DNA of 10,381 nt from a virus (lineage: Duplodnaviria; Heunggongvirae; Uroviricota; Caudoviricetes), in IMG/VR virus record IMGVR_UViG_3300042892_005180, positions 64,001 to 74,381 of that record, one strand, 5' to 3'. A model generated the notes under the pieces. That model made no database searches. It was not told the origin of the DNA and saw only the letters and a list, made by a program, of their open reading frames with translations. The translations under genes and the position numbers were made by a program. How positions within the stretch are numbered: the first letter of the stretch is position 1; each line of letters starts with the position of its first letter. Positions 5,775 through 10,381 of this stretch are shown in pieces.

Positions 5775-7234
5775 CAGTAGGCCTTGAACGCGTTCTTGAA
5801 GTCCGCGACGTCGGCCTGGAAGGGCTCCATCTCGGTCGGCTGGACGTAGGACGACGCCCCCATGGTCATCTCCACGGCATCGACGTAGCAGGAGAACTTG
5901 CCCTCCGGCGACGACACCAGCGCGTCTGGGACGTTCAGGGCCTTCAGGAAGCCGGGGAAGGTATCGACGAGTGCGGTGTCCACGGACAGGCTGACGCCCT
6001 TGTGGTGCTGCCCCACGGCCAGCGCGAGGAAGGTCTCGACCTCACCGACGTCATGCCGCTTGTAGGTCGCGCCGAAGCCGACGTCCTTGAAGCCCAGCAG
6101 GAGGACCGGGATGCCCTTCTCGAAGGCGGCGTTGATGAACTCCCCGGTGACCTCCAGCGGAACGCTGCCGACGACATGCTGGGCCATGATCTTGACCCGT
6201 GTGTAGCCGCGCGTGCCCTTGAGGGCGGTGTCGATTTTCTCGACCAGGGCCAGACCCTTCTTGTCGAGGCACGACACCCCGATGCCGCCCACCGTTTCGC
6301 GAACGATGTCGATCAGGGCGTCGTCTTCCAGCCACGCGTCCGTCAGCGTGGTGAAGTTGGGCTTCATTTTCAGGCCCTTGGCCAGAATGAGGATGTTCCC
6401 GAAATCGGGGTGCGAGGTCGGCTCGCCGCCCCCGATGGCGATCTCGAAGACCTCCATGGCGGCCAGCGTCTCGAAGACCTTCTGGATGTCCGCCATGGGG
6501 GCGTGCAGACCTTCCGTGGTGGAGGACTGGTAGCAGAAATTGCACCCCTTGGCGCAGTAGTTGGTGATCTTGACGTCAACGAGTTCCGGCGCGGACGCCT
6601 TGGTGTAGTTGAGGCCCGCGTGGTCATCGGGGTTGAACGAGAACCGGACCTTGTTGCCCGACCATTCGTCCATGATGGTCACGAACTCGCCGTCGCGACG
6701 GACACGACCACTGCTGCCGCCCTCGCGACCGAAATACGCCTGCGCGCCGTCGAAGGGCTTTGCGCCGTTGGGGAAGTTGGGTCGGTCGAGCACGCCATAG
6801 TCGGCGTTGTCGTTGCCGCCCAGAATGGCGACGTGCGGGCTCATGAAGAACTTGACGAATTCCTCGACGCCCTCGACATCCATGGCGCCGTAGACGGACT
6901 GGTGGTCCACGTAGGGGAAGTCCCCATACTGGAAGCCACCCGCTTGGGCCAAGCGGAGTTGATCGGCCACGCGCGGAGCATGGACGTCCATTTCGGCAAG
7001 GAGCCGGGCGATGATCGCGTCGTCTTTCGTGCGGGACACGATCTGCGCAGCCAGATAGCGGAGCTTGGCCTCCTGGCTGGCGAGGAAGAACTCACCCCAG
7101 CCGAAGTCATCGTCGGCGTCCGTATCATAGGCGGCCGAAACGGGCCCCACCACCGAGTCCGGCAGGAGGATGATGGAGTGCGACGACGAAGAGTTCGTGG
7201 CGAACCCGGCGCGGAGATTATGAATCTTGATCAT
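5774..7234 (-). CDS. Radical SAM protein with N-terminal 'TNSSS' domain, 486 aa
   Basis: CxxxCxxC (CAKGCNFC, aa 227-234), GGGEP (aa 268-272) and NFTT strand motif; about 200-aa N-terminal extension. Confidence 0.92.
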   Translation of the reverse strand: MIKIHNLRAGFATNSSSSHSIILLPDSVVGPVSAAYDTDADDDFGWGEFFLASQEAKLRYLAAQIVSRTKDDAIIARLLAEMDVHAPRVADQLRLAQAGGFQYGDFPYVDHQSVYGAMDVEGVEEFVKFFMSPHVAILGGNDNADYGVLDRPNFPNGAKPFDGAQAYFGREGGSSGRVRRDGEFVTIMDEWSGNKVRFSFNPDDHAGLNYTKASAPELVDVKITNYCAKGCNFCYQSSTTEGLHAPMADIQKVFETLAAMEVFEIAIGGGEPTSHPDFGNILILAKGLKMKPNFTTLTDAWLEDDALIDIVRETVGGIGVSCLDKKGLALVEKIDTALKGTRGYTRVKIMAQHVVGSVPLEVTGEFINAAFEKGIPVLLLGFKDVGFGATYKRHDVGEVETFLALAVGQHHKGVSLSVDTALVDTFPGFLKALNVPDALVSSPEGKFSCYVDAVEMTMGASSYVQPTEMEPFQADVADFKNAFKAY

Positions 7235-7239
7235 CCCCC

Positions 7240-7268
7240 TGACTACTGCCGAGGATTGTTTTCGTCAA
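7240..7268 (-). promoter_or_regulatory. Sigma70-type promoter, predicted leaderless start at ATG 7234
   Basis: TTGACG 7268-7263, 17 nt, TAGTCA 7245-7240 (lacks the last T), 5 nt (GGGGG) to ATG; no properly spaced SD. Confidence 0.6.
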
Positions 7269-7272
7269 CCAA

Positions 7273-8796
7273 TTATTCGCCGAGGATTTTTTCCTTGGCA
7301 CGCGTCGGCCACCAAACCCCGTAGAGGAAACGGCTGTTTGCGAGGGCGGGGTCCGACAATACTGCGCGAGCGATGGGCACGAAGGCGTCCCAGGTCGGCT
7401 TGGCTACTTCGGGCTTCGGGGCATCAAAATAGCTCTCATCCATCCAACGGAAGACCGCCTCGGGGTCAACGTCTTTGTGGCTGCGGCTCTTGAAGCGAGC
7501 AAACTCCGCCAAGCCCTTGGCGAACCAGAACCGAATATCTTCGTCCTCTGGAACCCGGAAATCGACGTTGTAGTGATCAGCCAGCCACTGAACAGATTCC
7601 ATGATCTCAGGGATGTCTTGTCGGAGTTCGGTATTCTCCCGATCAACCTGGGCTTTGGCGTGAGCCATCCGCTTATCCTTGATCTCCTGGTGGTAACCTT
7701 CACGGGTCTGCGGCTTCCAGTCCGTCTGTTTGGGCTCTTCGACGAGGGCGTTCCAGTCTTCGCGGAGGTCGAGCACGATGTCGGCGAACTTGGCCTTGCT
7801 GTCGTAGTTGCCCCACATCTCACCTAGCTCGGTTTGAACCTTGACTTCCACGACGTGTTTATCTGCGAGCTTGTTGGCCCTGTGGGGTTTCTCACCGAGC
7901 CCTTTGAACTCGCGGGTATCTGTGAAATATATTTCGATTCGCCGACCCTGCTTGGTCCAGTAATAGTGCCAGCCGTTCAGGCTCGACGTCTCTCTGGAGC
8001 CGATCAGTTTGTCCCCCATGATCTCTGCGATCTGCTGAGCAAAGGGACGCTCGGTCACCTCCGCGCTGGGGTCAACCGTGGTCATCGGTCCCAGTTTGTG
8101 GGGCTTGATTTGCGGACTGCGGAGATCGATGACCTCGACGACTTTGAAGGCACCACGGTGCAGGAAGACGATCTGCTCTGGCTCGCGAGAGTTGATCGTG
8201 GCCTGCGTGGAGCGGCGGGCAGTATCCGACACGGCGTCGTAGCCAGCCCGGCGAAGAAGTTGAGTCTGCTCAAGAGCGGTACGGGTGCGGTACTCGGGTT
8301 TCTCCTTGCCCCAACTCTTCGACACACCAGTGGGGCCAGCGATGAGGTCCATCTGCATGGCGGACATGAAAATCTTGGAGGGCGTGTTGGCGCGGTCCCG
8401 ATAGACCTTGCGGGCCAGGGCATAGGAGTTCTCGGCTTCCTCGCGGGTCATTCCCATGTAGGCCAACGCACGAACCGCCGCGCGTTCATCGGGGATATCC
8501 TGGGGAAGGATGAGGACGTTGCGGGCCGTGCTGGACAGGACGCGCAGATATGGGGCGGCGGTGCCATACCAGATGTCGGCCGGGTAGTTGAGAACGTAGT
8601 TGATCGGATAAGCGTAGACCCCCATGGGGTCCGCGTGGTCGGGGTTGGGATGGGGGTTACGGTCCATCGCCTCGGGATTGTGCGTGAACTGCACATAGAG
8701 GTTCGGCTGGGTCTTCGCGATCTTGAGATATTTTTCACGGAAGGCTGCGAAGGCCTTCGGCATCATGTCGGTGAAGTGGGTCTCGTTTAGGGCCAT
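7273..8796 (-). CDS. Hypothetical protein, 507 aa; N-terminal half ADP-ribosyltransferase-like; putative late or virion protein
   Basis: Long ORF with good codon bias. Motif order LYVQFT, GVYAYP, WYG..YLRVL, GYDAV, EPEQIVFL. CDS is confident; function is inferred. Confidence 0.85.
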   Translation of the reverse strand: MALNETHFTDMMPKAFAAFREKYLKIAKTQPNLYVQFTHNPEAMDRNPHPNPDHADPMGVYAYPINYVLNYPADIWYGTAAPYLRVLSSTARNVLILPQDIPDERAAVRALAYMGMTREEAENSYALARKVYRDRANTPSKIFMSAMQMDLIAGPTGVSKSWGKEKPEYRTRTALEQTQLLRRAGYDAVSDTARRSTQATINSREPEQIVFLHRGAFKVVEVIDLRSPQIKPHKLGPMTTVDPSAEVTERPFAQQIAEIMGDKLIGSRETSSLNGWHYYWTKQGRRIEIYFTDTREFKGLGEKPHRANKLADKHVVEVKVQTELGEMWGNYDSKAKFADIVLDLREDWNALVEEPKQTDWKPQTREGYHQEIKDKRMAHAKAQVDRENTELRQDIPEIMESVQWLADHYNVDFRVPEDEDIRFWFAKGLAEFARFKSRSHKDVDPEAVFRWMDESYFDAPKPEVAKPTWDAFVPIARAVLSDPALANSRFLYGVWWPTRAKEKILGE

Positions 8797-8800
8797 GCCC

Positions 8801-8808
8801 TATTTATG
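8801..8808 (-). promoter_or_regulatory. T4-late-like promoter box CATAAATA
   Basis: One mismatch to T4 gp55 consensus TATAAATA; ends 4 nt before ATG 8796; the only ATAAATA I found; no -35 element upstream. Confidence 0.55.
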
Positions 8809-9166
8809 GCCACAGCTTTCCGAGGTTCAACAACCAATCAGGCGGCGGTCCTGGCGGCTTCAGCGGCCCGAACTGCGGTTTCTTCTCGCGGATATCCCAC
8901 GCCCCGACCTCCATGAGGTAAGCGAGGATGATGGTATCGTCCGACAATAGTTCATAGTGGAGCACGAGTTCTATTTCGGTCTCGGCAAGCCCGTCCTCGC
9001 GCCCGTAGGTGAGGCAGAACTGACCTTGGAGCCGCTCAACCATTTCTGCATGGACGTCGTGGAACTCGTCGAAAATTTCTTCCGAAGAGGGAAGCATGAA
9101 CCGGTAGGACGACCCCTCAAGGAGGAAGTCATACTTCATCAGGTCAAATTGGACTGACTCGCCCAT
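8804..9166 (-). CDS. Hypothetical protein, 120 aa, acidic with Pro-rich C-terminus
   Basis: Start reassigned to ATG 9166 (TGATG overlap with the upstream stop); MGESVQF...PLKPPGPPPDWLLNLGKLWP. Confidence 0.8.
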   Translation of the reverse strand: MGESVQFDLMKYDFLLEGSSYRFMLPSSEEIFDEFHDVHAEMVERLQGQFCLTYGREDGLAETEIELVLHYELLSDDTIILAYLMEVGAWDIREKKPQFGPLKPPGPPPDWLLNLGKLWP

Positions 9167-9507
9167 CAGGGTTGGCGTTGGCGGCGTTCCAAGAACGCCA
9201 ATGCGGCCTTCGAATCCTCGGGACCGCCGAACCCACGGCTGGGCTCGATGTCGATGGGGACCAGAGCCGGGACAGTGCCGTCTTGGAGAACCAGGACGCC
9301 GCTGTTCAGCATCGTGTAGACGCTTCCGAGGTCCATTGCGACCATGCCGACTTCTTCGCCGTTGGTGAGTTCGTGCTGGATACCCTCGTAGGTCTTGTCC
9401 TCGAACCTGTAGACGAGCGTGTAGGAGAACCGCATCGGGAAGATGAGGTCTCGGACGTTGCTCCACTTGGCGTGGTCTTCACTCTGTTCGACGGGACCGA
9501 TTTTCAT
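9166..9507 (-). CDS. Hypothetical protein, 113 aa
   Basis: ATGA overlap with the upstream gene and TGATG overlap with the downstream gene; good codon bias. Confidence 0.85.
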   Translation of the reverse strand: MKIGPVEQSEDHAKWSNVRDLIFPMRFSYTLVYRFEDKTYEGIQHELTNGEEVGMVAMDLGSVYTMLNSGVLVLQDGTVPALVPIDIEPSRGFGGPEDSKAALAFLERRQRQP

Positions 9508-10271
9508 ACCGGTATATTGATGCCTGCGCGTTTCCTTGTCAAGGAAACTTTCTGCATGACGAAGCGCACCAGAGCGGCAGCCATGGCGTGGCCGGGCTCC
9601 CGTCCGCTGCCGATCAGTACGGCGGGACCATTAGGGGTGTGAGATATCTCACACGTCCAACCCCGATCTTCGCGCTCGATGAAACGGCGATAGCACCCAT
9701 GCGGAGCCGGGTAGGTGAAGTTGCGGTCGAACTCGACTTGATCGCGCCGGTATTCCTCCCCCAGTACATGGTTGAGAACGTCGGTCATCATATCGAAATC
9801 GTTGACCTCGACGCGGGCGTAGCCGAGGTTGTGAATGGCCGCCGCGTATTTTGAGCCTCTGGGTCTGGCGTGTGCCTCCCATGCCTCATAATCGAAACAG
9901 CGGGCGGGGCCGTGCTCAGAACCACCGAGATGCCCGGAACCAGGATGAATCATCACCTGTGCCTCGGGGAAGAGACAGATCGTCATCAAGACCGAGATGT
10001 CATCGTCTCGATAATCCTCTTCGTCTATCCCGATATTCTCCATCTCAATGAGCTTGAGGAGAGCGCGATAGTCGAACGGCTCCGGGACGAAATGAGGGAC
10101 ATTGCTTTCGATTATTTTGAGGTCCGGGAACTTCTTCTCCAGGGCCTTCCGCGCGTAGGGGAGACGGGAATAGTTTCCACCATCCACGAAGCGATAGCGG
10201 GGTCCCCGGACCACGCGCCATTCAAACTCGTAGTATGATTGCTTCCACAGATAGAGGCGGCGTTCTTCCAT
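9504..10271 (-). CDS. Hypothetical protein, 255 aa; C-terminus weakly resembles phage ABA-sandwich-type domains
   Basis: Good ORF behind a promoter; C-terminal GWTCEI...GREPGHAMAAALV pattern. The domain call is low confidence. Confidence 0.8.
   Translation of the reverse strand: MEERRLYLWKQSYYEFEWRVVRGPRYRFVDGGNYSRLPYARKALEKKFPDLKIIESNVPHFVPEPFDYRALLKLIEMENIGIDEEDYRDDDISVLMTICLFPEAQVMIHPGSGHLGGSEHGPARCFDYEAWEAHARPRGSKYAAAIHNLGYARVEVNDFDMMTDVLNHVLGEEYRRDQVEFDRNFTYPAPHGCYRRFIEREDRGWTCEISHTPNGPAVLIGSGREPGHAMAAALVRFVMQKVSLTRKRAGINIPV
9514..9542 (-). promoter_or_regulatory. Internal sigma70-type promoter, predicted leaderless start at ATG 9507
   Basis: TTGACA 9542-9537, 17 nt, CAATAT 9519-9514, 6 nt to ATG; lies inside the 3' end of the upstream CDS. 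Confidence 0.5.
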
Positions 10272-10277
10272 CTCGTC

Positions 10278-10305
10278 AGAATAGTCGAAGACGAAACGTC
10301 GTCAA
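10278..10305 (-). promoter_or_regulatory. Sigma70-type promoter, predicted leaderless start at ATG 10271
   Basis: TTGACG 10305-10300, 16 nt, TATTCT 10283-10278, 6 nt to ATG; no SD. Confidence 0.75.
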
Positions 10306-10306
10306 G

Positions 10307-10381
10307 CTAAAGGAGAAGACGAATGGCAGTGAGGAGTTTGCGCCGGTCCTGCGGGTCGATGTTCATCTCGCGAACCTGGGC
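10307..10381 (-). CDS. 3' end of a CDS entering from beyond the window (...AQVREMNIDPQDRRKLLTAIRLLL*)
   Basis: Open frame from the window edge to TAG at 10309-10307; amphipathic helix-like; the next -35 starts 1 nt after the stop. Confidence 0.6.
   Translation of the reverse strand, partial: AQVREMNIDPQDRRKLLTAIRLLL

Noticed and set aside
4920-5780. 286-aa plus-strand ORF
   Set aside because: Shadow of 5070-5774; no SD or promoter.
5747-7324. 525-aa plus-strand ORF
   Set aside because: Antisense shadow of the radical SAM gene; no SD or motif, and a composition typical of reverse-complement frames in GC-rich genes.
7834-8790. 318-aa plus-strand ORF
   Set aside because: Antisense shadow of the 507-aa gene.
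9167-9466. N-terminal extension of ORF 8804-9466
   Set aside because: Arg/Pro-rich off-frame read overlapping gene 9166-9507; the TGATG-coupled ATG at 9166 is the better start.
10310-10381. Plus-strand AAGGAG plus ATG 10323
   Set aside because: The apparent SD is the complement of Leu codons CTT CTC CTT of the minus-strand partial CDS; the peptide looks off-frame.

Overview
Gene-dense window (about 60% GC by eye) of about 17 mostly short hypothetical CDSs, with tight ATGA/TGATG overlaps and no tRNA, rRNA, CRISPR array, transposase or bacterial housekeeping gene. It reads as the accessory region of a large, probably T4-like or jumbo, phage of an alphaproteobacterial (Rhizobiales-like) host. 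That assignment is inferred from a PraR/PhrR-type XRE regulator, a T4-late-like CATAAATA box and the gene style. Recognisable proteins: the XRE regulator (4484-4888), a radical SAM enzyme fused to an N-terminal 'TNSSS...DHQS...GNDN' domain (5774-7234) and a 15-aa-repeat beta-solenoid protein (1615-2148). By motif inference only: an ADP-ribosyltransferase-like late protein (7273-8796) and a HARP-like plus degenerate SNF2-lobe gene pair (2141-3468). The clearest sequence-level pattern is five sigma70-type promoters whose TTGAC(A/G) begins 34-35 nt before an ATG with no usable Shine-Dalgarno, which points to systematic leaderless transcription. No searches were run; family assignments come from motif recognition.
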